DNA from: Octopus sinensis
Lineage: Eukaryota
Reading direction: 5' to 3'
DNA length: 64,000 bases
Assembly: GCF_006345805.1 (NCBI RefSeq)
Contig: NC_042998.1
Location: 6,200,001-6,264,000, forward strand
The position numbers and the translations under genes were made by a program. Shown piece by piece: positions 1 to 11,913 of the stretch; within the stretch, counting starts at the first letter, position 1; each line of letters opens with the position of its first letter. The notes beneath the pieces were generated by a model, which saw only the letters and a list, made by a program, of their open reading frames with translations, was not told the origin of the DNA and ran no database searches.

Positions 1-869
1 AAAATGGTATTCTATGACCCTGAATCAGTAAATGTAAGAAAGTTTCTGAAAAGAAGTAGATGTTTTTGTATGTAACTATTTCCATTGAGCTAACTCACTA
101 TTTCGTTGGCTGACCTAAATTATTTTGAATAGAAGTAAATATTTTTAGTTAATGGTTGTGGCAAAAATTGAACCAACCAGTGATGTACAAGACACAAATG
201 CTTCCAAATGTTATGAAGGCACCTATGTACACTGAGGGTGATAGATCTAGACCAATCAATAAAATCAATTAGAAAACATTTTTAAACTTTATCATGTCAA
301 AACATAATAGCATCTGAGTTTAGTCTATCACTGAATTTCCCAAACAATCTTACAATTGGATCACAGATTTCTGCTTTATTGGACACTTAAATCTAGCAAA
401 ACTATTCACTATCTAGCTAAAGCATGTGGATTAAGTCTAGTGATAGAGTATTTTATGGAAATGTCAGTAGCTATTCCTTTATTAGTCAAGCACAGATAAG
501 TGAAACTAAAATAAAAAAAATGAAATTTGTAGTATATATATATTTGTAACTGTAAAACATAATGCAGTTTAAACGGAGTAAATAAATGTTTACTTTGTCT
601 GGTTGGAGGAAGATAAATGAATAAAAATCTTAAGGTACCAATCACTATTATTATGGTATGGCTAATTACAAAAGCATTTGTATTGTCAGAGAATACTAAG
701 GTAATTTTAGTAATCTCAGTATATCCAGAGGGGTCATAATTATAAGTTGTGGGAAAAGGGCTTTAACTTTTAATAGCTAACAATTATAACAAAACCGTCA
801 TTAGTTTTCACAATTATCTGTAAGTCACTTTTGACTTGTGGACAAAAAGCCATTGATTTTAATAATTAC

Positions 870-990
870 CTGAATACCCGGTACAAATTTTGGTACATGG
901 CCAGGAATTTTGGGGGAAGGGACAAGTTGATTACATCAAGCCCAGTGCTGAACTGGTACTCATTTCATCAACACCCGGAAGGATAAAATG
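870..990 (-). mobile_element. SINE family B fragment (old; tail variant 2)
   Basis: Reverse complement matches the family-B core (ccttccgggtgttgatgaaatgagtaccag) and tail ending ...cccccaaaattcctggcc. Confidence 0.6.
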
Positions 991-1682
991 TATGGTCTAT
1001 CCCAGTAGTATATGTAAAATGCAGCAGGAAGTATAAAAACAATGATGTTTGAATGTGTTACACTGCAATGTTTGCTAGATTTATGCAAATATGGCACTGA
1101 ACAGGGAAAGAATTCTAGAAAGATATAATAAAGACAACTGCAAGTCAATCTTTAAGCACAGAAAAGTTTTTGACAAGGATTGAACATCAGGTGGACTAGA
1201 TGTACATGAAAAGTCAGAAGGTGGGGTACTTATGCAAATAGTACCTCTTGTACTGCTCACATGACTTTCTTGATCAAATAAAAACCTTAAGGTATCAAAG
1301 CAACATCATGAATGGTAGTAACTGTAATGAAACTATTATAGGTAAACCATAATATGGTTGAATGAAGGTTGAGAAAATTGCAGCCAAAGAAGTGCCTCCA
1401 AGACCACAGTCGATAATGTATTCCTTGATATATTATAGCTGAAAGAAAAAAATGGAACTATTGCAGCAAAAAGGCTTCCAGTTACAGTTCAACTTAACCA
1501 GGATAAATTTGATACCAAACTACTAGTCCAATTGATTTATTATTTCATACAAAACAAAAATAAAAGACAAAAGGAGTATAGTGTAACAAATTAGTAAGTC
1601 TTGAGATACAAATATAGAAGCTACACAAAAATGGAGAAGAAGAATGTATGATCCGTTAGATATGCAACATTAATTTAGAAGA

Positions 1683-1897
1683 AGACAGCAAGCTGGCAAA
1701 AATGGTAGCACGCTGGGCGAAATGTTTAGTGGTATTATGACAGTCTGAGTTCAAATTCTACTGAGGTTGACTTTGCATTTCATCCTTTCAGGGTCCATAA
1801 ATTGAGTACCAGTTGCATATTGAGGTTCGATCTAATAGACTGGGGCCCCACCCCCAAAATTTCAGGCCTTGTGCTTAGAGTAGAAAAGAACATTAAT
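1683..1897 (+). mobile_element. SINE family B, tRNA-derived head, tail variant 2
   Basis: Box A-like TGGCAAAAATGG, box B GAGTTCAAATTC, core gaggttgactttgcatttcatcctttcagggtc, tail ccccaaaatttcaggccttgtgc. Confidence 0.8.
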
Positions 1898-2002
1898 TTT
1901 AGAAGAAAAGCAGAGCAGAGCACAGGCTGATAGAGTAAGTGACCATTAGGGATATTCTTTGGATTTGTGCAAGGGAGTCAATGATATTAATACAGACAAA
2001 TA

Positions 2003-2412
2003 GGCGCAGGAGTGGCTGTGTGGTAAGTAGCTTGCTAACCAACCACATGGTTCCAGGTTCAGTCCCACTGCGGGGCATCTTGGGCAAGTGTCTTCTACTA
2101 TAGCCTCGGGCCGACCAATGCCTTGTGAGTGGATTTGGTAGACGGAAACTGAAAGAAGCCTGTTGTATATATGTGTATATATATATATATGTGTGTGTGT
2201 CTGTTTGTGTGTCTGTGTTTGTCTCCCTAGCATTACTTGACAACCAATGCTAGTGTGTTTATGTCCCCATCACTTAGTGGTTTGGCAAAAGAGACCGATA
2301 GAATAAATACTAGGCTTACAAAGAATAAGTCCTGGGGTCGATTTGCTCGACTAAAGGCGGTGCTCCAGCATGGCCACAGTCAAAATGACTGAAACAAGTA
2401 AAAGAGAAAGAG
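2003..2412 (+). mobile_element. SINE family A (tRNA head, CORE-like segment, internal TA/TG microsatellite, GAGTAAAA tail)
   Basis: ggcgcaggagtggctgtgtggtaag head, box B GGTTCAGTCCC, cttgggcaagtg, tail gactgaaacaagtaaaagag; about 20 related copies in the window. Confidence 0.9.
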
Positions 2413-2511
2413 TATGCAAATGGATGGAGGCTGAGTGACAAGCATGATGCATATACACTCATTTTCACTAATTCAGGGAGTCTGTAAACATATACTATAT
2501 GCAGGTTAACA

Positions 2512-3621
2512 TTAGGTGGTGCAAAAATAAATACAGTTTTTAGTCATGAATCATGAAGCAATATATCTCATTAATTAAAATAATAGTCATTATAATATTG
2601 TTATTTTTGTCAAGAAAATAATAAGTCTATTCTGGTGTCCTGGAAATAATAAATTCTTCAAAATTGTTCTGAACTAAATGTTGAAATTATTACAATACTT
2701 TCTTGTAATGAAAGTTATCAAGATATTTGAAAAAGAGGTGGTCAGTTTGAGAAAGGACTGAGAAGTAAGCTTAGTGGGGTAGAGTTTTTGTGGCTGGTGC
2801 ATTTAACTTTTGCAGTCATGTGCAGGCACACATGTGGTAGGTATTATCATGGAGAAAAATGGGATCTTTCAAGTTACCCAATGCAGGACATAAACATCAC
2901 ACATTTTAATACATTTTGTTGATTTCCTAATCATATTTCTCCGATGAGATGGTTTTCCAAGATTTAAGAATTAGTGATGGATTATCCTACTTTCTGGTCT
3001 CCGAACACTGAATATAACCTTTTCCACGCAGATTCAGTTTAGGAAAATATGTTAATTCTTCCCCTCAGTCCAACCACTGTGCAGAACACACTCAGCAGTC
3101 ATAAAATCCATTTTTCATTTCATGTTAAAAATGGAATCTAGAAATGCATCGTTTTCGTTGCATGTAAAAAAATAGGGCTATTAATTTGACTTTTGTTCAG
3201 TTCCTGCTGCACCTATCTGTTGAGCCTTTCTGACTTTTCTGCGTTCTGCAGAATGTCAAAAAAACTATTGAATATATAAGGTTTATGAAGTCATCTCTCA
3301 ACTAGTCATGGTCAGTAGTAGAAGGTTCTGTGCAGCCTTCCAAATCTCCAAAGTTGCCACTTCCTCTATCAAAATTATTGGAACCAATGTTGAGAAGTAC
3401 GTTTTGCTGATATTGCAAGTACTTTCTATTGCTTTGTATTCTATTTCACAGGCGCAGGAGTGGCTGTATGGTAAGTAGCTTGCTAACCAACCACATGGTC
3501 CCGGGTTCAGTCCCACTACGTGGCATCTTGGCCAAGTGTCTTCTGCTATAGCCCTGGGCCGACCAATGCCTAGTGAGTGGATTTGGTAGACGGAAACTGG
3601 AAGAAGCCTGTCGTATATATG

Positions 3622-3685
<64 letters not shown>

Positions 3686-4122
3686 AAGTGTGTGTGTGTG
3701 TATGTGTTTGTGTGTCTGTCTTTGTCCCCCTAGCATTGCTTGACAACTGATGCTGGTGTGTTTACGTCCCCGTTACTTAGCGGTTCGGCAAAAGAGACCG
3801 ATAGAATAAGTACTGGGCTTACAAAGAATAAGTCCCGGGGTTGATTTGCTCGACTAAAGGCGGTGCTCCAGCATGACCGCAGTCATATGACTGAAACAAG
3901 TAAAAGAGTACAAAATATGTTTCATTTCCTTTTTCAGTCTTTAATTTGACAGCCTAAATAAAATACGCACACATAAACAGAACCAGCCAAAGCATTAGCA
4001 TAAAACAACCGATTGTGATAGGTGAACTTCAAAGTGGAATATCGTATGAACATAGATAAATAAAACAAGCATCAAAGTTCAAAGTAACAAAAAAACTATA
4101 ATCATAATTGCACATTACTCTA
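2512..4122 (-). mobile_element. Degenerate mariner transposon (Hsmar1/cecropia-like), interrupted by a SINE-A
   Basis: TIR ttaggtggtgcaaaaataaatacagtttt at 2512. Minus-strand decayed transposase motifs: HWFQ..F..GSGNFGDLEG, KWIL..., QWLD.GEELTYFPK, TDHLFFKYLDNF, EEFIISRTPE, DYYFN*. The far TIR near 4091-4122 is degenerate. Confidence 0.8.
3451..3909 (+). mobile_element. SINE family A, full length, nested in mariner
   Basis: Complete head, core, microsatellite and tail. Confidence 0.9.
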
Positions 4123-4151
4123 TGCCTTTATAACTGTCAACTTGATATTTC

Positions 4152-4535
4152 TCTTTACTCTTTTACTTGTTTCAGTTATTTGACTGTGGCCATGCTGGAG
4201 CACTGCCTTTAGTCGAGCAAATCGACCTCAAAACTTATTCTTTGTAAGCCTAGTACTTATTCTATCGGTCTCTTTTGCCGAACTACTAAGTTACGGGGAA
4301 CGTAAACACACCAGCATCAGTTGTCAAGCGATGTTGGGGGGACAAACACAGACACAAAAACATATATACACACATACATATATATATATACATATATACA
4401 ACGGGCTTCTTTCAGTCTCCATCTACCAAATTCATTCACTAGGCTTACAATGAATAAGTCCTGGGGTCAATTTGCTCAACTAAAGGTGGTGCTCCAGCAT
4501 GGCCGCAGTGAAATGACTGAAACAAGTAAAACAGT
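4152..4535. mobile_element. SINE-A rearranged copy: minus-strand 5'-truncated part (4152-4440) fused to plus-strand tail (4441-4535)
   Basis: Both ends are SINE-A 3' tails in inverted orientation. Confidence 0.75.
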
Positions 4536-5046
4536 AAAAGGCAGAGTAACCATTCATAATATTATTTATGCCTGTGCTAATGCTGCATTTTTCACAAATC
4601 CTAATCGACTCATTTTTCTCAAGTCCTAGAAGATTCTCCACAACCAGCAATTCTGCTTCTCTACCATACTGCATCACAGACACTCTTAAATTGTTTCATG
4701 CACTAAATCATTTGTGCCAGAGGGGATAGGACCCTAAACTGTTCACAGTACTCTCTTGGTCTTAGTCTAACTATTGCTGTTTCACTAGGTGTGCCTGCAG
4801 CTGTGATATAGTCACATAGTGGTAAGAAACTCTGTAGAGAGTTGAACACTGGAAGGACTTCCGAAAAGAAGAACCCTCAGGCAAGTTATTCAGCCCTACA
4901 CTTCTTTCATTCTAATGGAGCCAGGACACATTTAGGTCATGATTCCTGGATGACCATCTGCTCAAACTTTTCATGGACTTGGATGTTGAGGACAGCCTGG
5001 AAATTTTATCTAGTTGTAACTCATCTCCGTTGATAAACCAGGTTAC

Positions 5047-5209
5047 ACGACGGGCTTCCTTCAGTTTCTGTCTACCAAATCCACCCACAAGGCTTTGGAC
5101 GGTCCGAGACTATGGTAGAAGACACTTGCCCAAGGTGCCACATAGTGGGACTGAACCCAGAACCATGTGGCTGGTAAGCAAGCTACTTACCACACAGCCA
5201 CTCCTGCAC
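5047..5209 (-). mobile_element. SINE-A head and core only
   Basis: Reverse complement of gtgcaggagtggctgtgtggtaag...gaagcccgtcg. Confidence 0.85.
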
Positions 5210-5520
5210 ACTGATAGTCAAATGCACACATTCACAAACAGATCTCAGAAAGGGTCACAGAGCGACAGAGACGTAAAAGCCAGAATATGGTAACAAAAGT
5301 AGCAAGAAAGAGAGAGAACCAACTCTATGCTCATACGTAACACTGAAGCATAATTATCTACCAGTTAGTGATTTATCAAAGAAAACTAAAACCGAACTTT
5401 TAAATTGCATTTTGTTAATTTGTTTTCACCTCCTTTCTTCCCTTTACATTAAAGAATAATTTTGCTAAATTGCAACTGTTGATAACGAAAATAATACATG
5501 AATATATATATATATGTGTT

Positions 5521-5575
<55 letters not shown>

Positions 5576-5576
5576 T

Positions 5577-5609
<33 letters not shown>

Positions 5610-6276
5610 GAACATATAAATTAAATGTAGCCAACACCATTGGTAAATCTGTTTCCATTTCATTTTATTGTAATTTAACTTCGAAAGGGGGACAGGCATA
5701 CCTTGCAGCAGGAAGCTGCTCCATTAAACTGAAATATTACCACAGGAAACACTCATCAATCCCATTTTATCTTGAAACAAAACTAAACCATTGCTTTTTA
5801 TTTGCTTATTTTGTACTTCTTTGTTCCTTTGTATTTATTTTTTTTCTTCATTATTTTTCTGTGTATTGTTTTTAAATATTTTCCATTGATACAGCTCTCT
5901 ATTTAATAACCTCCAACTCCTTCATCTCCATTTAACTCAATTTTATTTTCATACTCTCCACTTTTTCTTTCTTTCTTTGTTTTTTTTTTTGTCACCACAA
6001 TCAATAATATTCTATTTTATTCCTCCACCACCACCACCACCACCACCACTTAAAATACTAAGTTAAAAAGTATGCAATCATAATATGGGATGTGTGCTGA
6101 AATTTGCTGAATTTTGAGAAATATATCTGATTCACAAAATCTGATTCTGTGCCTGAGCTAATTTTCAAATGCTTACATGATACACGTGTGTATACATATA
6201 TATATACACATATATACATACATATATACATACATACATATATATATGTATGCATATGTGCATGTACACATACATG

Positions 6277-6314
<38 letters not shown>

Positions 6315-6711
6315 CATATATATGTGTGTGTATATGCGTATATATGCATAAGTGTGTGTGTGTATATGTGTATAAGGCAGGAAAATGGAAGTGATATGAC
6401 AAAATGATAGAAGGATAGAAAAGTAATATTTATTGAAAGGGGGAGTTTTTATGAAATGTTCATTTTCTAATAAAATGAAAATGAAATATTGTCAATGTTT
6501 ACATAGAATGTATTTTTTGCTCTTTATAACAAACTTACTTTTTATTTCGTTTATTTTTCGGTAACCCATTATCGAATCTGGTATGGAAAGTAAAGTCAAG
6601 AGAAAACTAATAAAAACAATAAAAATGATTTAAAAAAGAAAAAAGAAAAACTGACGTCACGAGAGAGTAATTTCAATATTTCAAAATAGCAACCTTAATA
6701 TTTTGCAACAG

Positions 6712-6779
6712 AATCTGTGTTGTCAGATGAAAATAGTCAAATTTCCAACTGGGAACAGGTGACATGCCTGCATTTACCG
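6712..6779 (+). other. Candidate exon (one open frame, ESVLSDENSQISNWEQVTCLHLP)
   Basis: ttttgcaacag acceptor and CCG|gtatgt donor; no recognisable homology. Confidence 0.2.
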
Positions 6780-6802
6780 GTATGTATGCATATTATGTGA
6801 AG

Positions 6803-7110
6803 GGACGGTGGCTTTGAAGTTAGGGCATTCAGTTTACGATGGCAACGTCATGAATTCAATTCCCAGCAACACGATGTGTCCTCGACAAAGACATTTTATT
6901 TCATGTTGCCTCAGTCCATTCAGCTGGCAAAAATGAGTAGTACCTGTATTGCGAAGGGTGAGCTTTGTCACATTCTGTGTCATGTAGAATCTCCCTGAGA
7001 ACAACTTTGAGGGTACATGTGTTTGTGGCATGCTCAACCATTTGCATGTTAATTTCACAAGCAGGCTGTTCTGTTGATTGGATCAGGTGGAACCCTCAAT
7101 GGAGTGCCAG
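6803..7110 (+). mobile_element. SINE family C (tRNA head, CORE-like), old copy
   Basis: Box A/B-like head; gtgtcctcgacaaagacattttatttcatgttgcctcagtccattcagctggcaaaaatgagta; tail shared with 7157-7542. Confidence 0.7.
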
Positions 7111-7156
7111 TATGTATATTATATATGTGAAGGCACTTGGCTTTGTGGTTAGGTAC

Positions 7157-7542
7157 TGGAAGCACTCCGTCGGTTACGACGATGAGGGTTCCGGTTGATC
7201 CAAATCAACGGAACAGCCTGCTCGTGAAATTAACGTGTATGTGGCTGAGCACTCCACAGACACGTGCACCCTTAACGTAGTTCTCGGGGATATTCAGCGT
7301 GACATAGAGAGTGACAAGGCCGGCCCCTTGAAATACAGGTACAACAGAAACAGGAAGTAAGAGTGAGAGAAAGTTGTGGTGAAAGAGTACAGCAGGGATC
7401 CCCACCATCCCCTGACGGAGCCTCGTGGAGCTTTTAGGTGTTTTCGCTCAATAAACACTCACAACGCCCGGTCTGGGAATCGAAACCGCTATCCTATGAC
7501 CACGAGTCCACTGCCCTAACCACTGGGCCATTGCGCCTCCAC
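7157..7542 (-). mobile_element. SINE family C-related, younger copy
   Basis: Minus strand gtggaggcgcaatggcccagtggttagggcagtggactcg...ggtttcgattcccagaccgggcg; tail gttaatttcacgagcaggctgttccgttgat shared with 6803-7110. Confidence 0.8.
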
Positions 7543-7800
7543 TGTGGTTAGGTACATTGCACTCATGATTGTGAGATTGTGGTTTTGATTCCCAGAATAG
7601 CTGCATTTTGTGTTCTGAAGCAAAACACTACTTCACATTGCTCCAGTCCCCTCTGCTCTAAATGAGTAATGGTGTGATGGACAAGCTTTCCAAATCAGGG
7701 CAAATGCTCACCTGTCCACCTAGCCAGCAGGGTGGCATCAGTCAAAAGCTAAAATAATGGAAAGCACACTGTGACCAGCAATGTATAACAAAATCTGGTC
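7543..7800 (+). mobile_element. SINE family C
   Basis: gtggttagg...ggttttgattccc...gtgttctgaagcaaaacactacttcacattgctccagtcc. Confidence 0.7.
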
Positions 7801-7825
7801 AATCATGTGATATGTGGTCATTAAG

Positions 7826-8137
7826 AATGAAACGTTCAATTTTCTTATGCACCAAGTTTGACAATCGTTAACTCTAACGTTTTATCCGGACAATTCTTTA
7901 TTTTACAACATTGAAGAGTTTACATAATGACTTTTTGAAATGAAGTTCATGGTGCCTGATTATATTGTGAGTTTTCACTTGTAAATCAGTTTTTGTGAAC
8001 CCATGGATAGATAAAAAAATGTGTGTTCTTTATGACTATGAGTTCCACTGTGGAACCAATGCATTCCAGACAGCTCAAAACATCAATGACGTGTTTGATG
8101 AAGATGTTATGAATGTGCGCAATGTACACTGATGGTT
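7826..8137 (+). mobile_element. Mariner 5' fragment with transposase N-terminus
   Basis: Translates ...EFHCGTNAFQTAQNINDVFDEDVMNVRNVH*WF, a mariner HTH region (EF..G.NA..TA.NI..VFG....R.V..WF). Confidence 0.7.
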
Positions 8138-8385
8138 TGAGATTATCATCATTATCGTCATCATCATCATCATGTCAGCTTCTACTTTTTCATGCTCACA
8201 TAGGTCAGATGGCAGCACACGTTCTGTGGGCAGGTGCCTTTCCTGATGCAAACACTCACCTGCTTCTCAGTAAGATAAATATGAAAATTAACAATAAATG
8301 ACACCACTTGCATGATGGTTATTTCTCACTTATGACAATCATAAGATGTCAAGGAAAGGTGACACTAACACACACACATACACAC

Positions 8386-8399
<14 letters not shown>

Positions 8400-8425
<26 letters not shown>

Positions 8426-8575
8426 AGCTTCAACACAGTTCCTGTCAATCAAATTCACTCACATAGCATTAGTCAATAGAATATACTCGACAAAAGTGCC
8501 AAGCAGTGGGATTGAACCTGAAATCACATAGTTGCAAAGCAAGTATTTTTAACCACCCTGCCATGCCTGCATCTA
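8400..8575 (-). mobile_element. Divergent SINE-A-related head
   Basis: Reverse complement gcaggcatggcagggtggttaaaaatacttgc...ggttcaatcccactgcttggcactttt. Confidence 0.6.
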
Positions 8576-9097
8576 TATACTTTGCTTCTATGGAACTATC
8601 CAAATCTTGTCAAAACGTATTCTCATCTCATCTATATAAGCAATGGAGAGCAGATGATAAAAAAGTTAAACAAACATTTAAGACTTTTCATTGTTATATA
8701 CAATGCCTCTAAGCTTGAAAATCTTTGTTCAAAACAGACCATTTACATATCCTTAAGCAAGACGATATTACTAGATTGATCTCTCAAGTTCCTAACAATG
8801 TAGAAAATTAATTTTCTCAGAATGACAAAATATTTTTGTTTTATTGTTATTGTTACCTGCACTACATTAAGTAGGAGGTACTTGTTAACAGCAGACTTGC
8901 AAACTATTTGCCATCTGTTAGAATTGTAATTTGGAGGAGAGATAGCTGTGAAGGAGGGTACCAATAATACAGAAGACAATGAAGTTCAAAAAAGAAAAAA
9001 AGCTGGATGTAAAAAGAAAAGGGTATGGATGCTAGGGGACACAAGCTGAATGGGATGTCATGGTGATTACATTTTCAGAAGAAAATTATATAGAAAC

Positions 9098-9150
<53 letters not shown>

Positions 9151-9711
9151 TATATATATTTTATTCTTAGTCATTTTGTGAACAATAGCACAATTGGCTA
9201 GGTTTTTAAATGTACTAGCCATTACTTAACTGCATATTGTGAAGTAAAGAAGATACAAGAGTGTGTCTATACATGTGCACTTTTGAACTGAGAAGGAATA
9301 AATATAGCAGGATAATTTGTTTTCAATACACACGTTTATCTTTTTTTTTTCCTCACACGTTTTTTTTTTGTTTTCTGTTAACCAATGGATAAATCTTTCA
9401 CCAAGGTAGTGCAGGAAGTTATACAAACATATCAGGGAACAAAAGAAGTGGGCTGTCCAGACCTCAGTACAAACAACATGGTTAGTTTGAATAAAATCTG
9501 ATACAAGAAGGTCTCTCTAGTGTCAAAAACAAAATAATATGCAAGCAAAATATATTGCAAAATTTCTGGCATAAAGAAGATCATCCAACAATCAAAACCT
9601 ATGTCAAGATAAGTGGTTTGCCAAATTTCATTTTAAAGGCAGCTGTCAACTCCACTCTATAAGAGAAAATACCTACCCATGATTTTCTTAGAAAAGAGAT
9701 GATAGTCTAGG

Positions 9712-9925
9712 CGCATGGCTTAATGGTTAGGGTGTTAGATTCATGATTGTAAGACTGTGGTATCGATTCCTGGAGAGAGTAATACATTGTGTTTTTGAGC
9801 AAAGCACTTCAATTCATGTTGCTCCAGTCCAACCAGTTGGTAAAAATGAATAATTCTGCAACAGACCAGTGTCCTATTCTGGGAGAAATATATACACCAG
9901 AGAAACCAGGAAACTGGCTCCACGG
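9712..9925 (+). mobile_element. SINE family C
   Basis: ggcgcatggcttaatggttagggtgttagattcatgattgtaagactgtggtatcgattcc...gagcaaagcacttc...gctccagtcc. Confidence 0.8.
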
Positions 9926-10053
9926 ACTAACCAACCAAATAGATGATACCAAACTTATATGACTTACATAAATACGGACACAGAAGAATGTGGAGACTAT
10001 TAGAGATAATTTATTTAATATTTCAATACTGTCACACTTCTATGTAAATCAGA

Positions 10054-10087
<34 letters not shown>

Positions 10088-10090
<3 letters not shown>

Positions 10091-10175
10091 TCATTTAACG
10101 TCCGTTTTCCGCGCTAGCACGGGTTGGACGGTTCGACCGGGGTCTGGGAAGCCAGGGGCTGCACCAGGCTCAGGC
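10088..10175 (-). mobile_element. RTE LINE 3' tail fragment
   Basis: catcatttaacgtccgttttccgcgctagcacgggttggacgg is the reverse complement of the 3' end of the LINE at 36228-38285. Confidence 0.85.
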
Positions 10176-10248
10176 TTCAGTGTATATATATATATTTATA
10201 TATACACACATACACATATATATGTGTATGTATATATATATATATATA

Positions 10249-10438
10249 TTAGAAGAAATGAGGTATTCAGAAATCCGGATGGTTTTATATTTACAGATAT
10301 TTATCAGTGTGTTGCATGTTTTCATATGTCATATGTCATATATTAGCGCTTTCGTCCATTCTGGTGGAGTCTTCAAATTGATCTAAATATCTGTAAATAT
10401 AAAACCATCTGGATTTCTGAGTACCTCATTTCTTCTAA
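10249..10438. mobile_element. MITE with about 56-bp TIRs, flanked by TA
   Basis: ttagaagaaatgaggtattcagaaatccggatggttttatatttacagatattta versus its reverse complement at about 10384-10438. Confidence 0.8.
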
Positions 10439-10759
10439 TATATAATACTTGTGCATCATCTCCAAACCTTCTAATATATATATATCCTGTTAATTTGCAT
10501 GGTGGTAAACATTATTATAACATCACTTTGACATAGATATTTAACCAAGTACAACTCCAGATGCTTTCAAATTAACAATCAAATATTAACCCATTTGACA
10601 CCAACATGATGAGGCTGCCTTTGGTTTTATGATTTACAGCTTCTTGATTTAAAAACTTCATATCTAACATTAAAATCTTCTTTCATAAACTTTATGTAGG
10701 AACTTGTCTTTCAAACATATCAACTTAATAAATAATTGAGATGTTTATTGCTTTATAAT

Positions 10760-11176
10760 CTTTTACTCTTTTACTTGTTTCAGCCATTTGACTGCGGCCA
10801 TGCTGGAGCACCGCCTTTAGTCGAGCAACTCGACCCCGGGACTTATTCTTTGTAAGCCCAGTACTTATTCTATCGGTCTCTTTTGCAGAACCGCTAAGTG
10901 ACGGGGACGTAAACACACCAGCATCGGTTGTCAAGCAATGCTAGGGGGACAAACACAGACACACAAACATATACACACACACTTATATATATATATATAT
11001 ATATACATATATACGACAGGCTTCTTTCAGTTTCCGTCTACCAAATCCACTCACAAGGCATTGGTCGGCCCGGGGCTATAGCAGAAGACACTTGCCCAAG
11101 ATGCCATGCAGTGGGACTGAACCCGGAACCATGTGGTTGGTTAGCAAGCTACTTACCATACAGCCACTCCTGCGCC
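10760..11176 (-). mobile_element. SINE family A, full length
   Basis: Complete element on the minus strand. Confidence 0.9.
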
Positions 11177-11913
11177 TTATGAAATCTTTTTTTATGCAAG
11201 ATTATACCATAACTTCCATAGGCAGTATATTTCATAATGAATATGGTGACAGAAAAGTTAAACAGAATGTCTCTCAAGCATGTGATTCCAGCTTCAATCC
11301 AGTTCCATGGTACACTGTGTCTTCTACCATAGCCTATAGGTGACACAATCACTGTTGATAAAACTGGGCGCACAGAAACTGTGGAAGCTAGCTGAATGAC
11401 CTGTAGCTGTGATTTGACTGCCTCCTGATAAACTGTATTACACTGTGTATATCTCATAATTGAATTATGGGAACAATCTTCTACTGAATGCTCAACCAAT
11501 TAAGCTATCACTGAATGGGTATGGGATTCTGTTTATTGAACAAGTGGAACACTTAATCATTGAAACCGATATGAGGTGCAATTATTACAGGTCAGAGGTA
11601 TCGTTAACTTCAATTTACCAATCTTATTGATTACAACATTCCATTCCATCAATAGATCAAACTAAATTCAATGTCTATAAACATACAGATCTGCATAAGG
11701 TACATTAATTTCTAAAGACATTTAGCCTCTACAACAGTGTTTCTCACCTTTTTTTTTTTTACCTATGGACCTCTTTGACATGTATTTTACTTAAATGGAC
11801 ACCCCTAGTCATTACATATTTTAAAGAAATCTAATTATATTTTTGTAGCTAAATATTATTAGGAATTGTATTTTAAAAAATTACTTAAATATTCTGTGTA
11901 CTGTACAAGTATA

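Noticed and set aside
2364-2402. SINE-A tail AGUC-loop-GACU-GAAAC-AA-GUA as half a hammerhead
   Set aside because: No CUGANGA upstream in any copy; more likely the stem-loop recognised by a partner LINE.
5693-5719. 27-nt micro-exon candidate (tttcag|...AAG|gtatgc, minus strand)
   Set aside because: The upstream sequence lacks a polypyrimidine tract, and the segment is too short to support without transcript data.
11149-11499. 116-aa minus-strand ORF
   Set aside because: No recognisable motif or convincing splice sites, and its end runs into a SINE.
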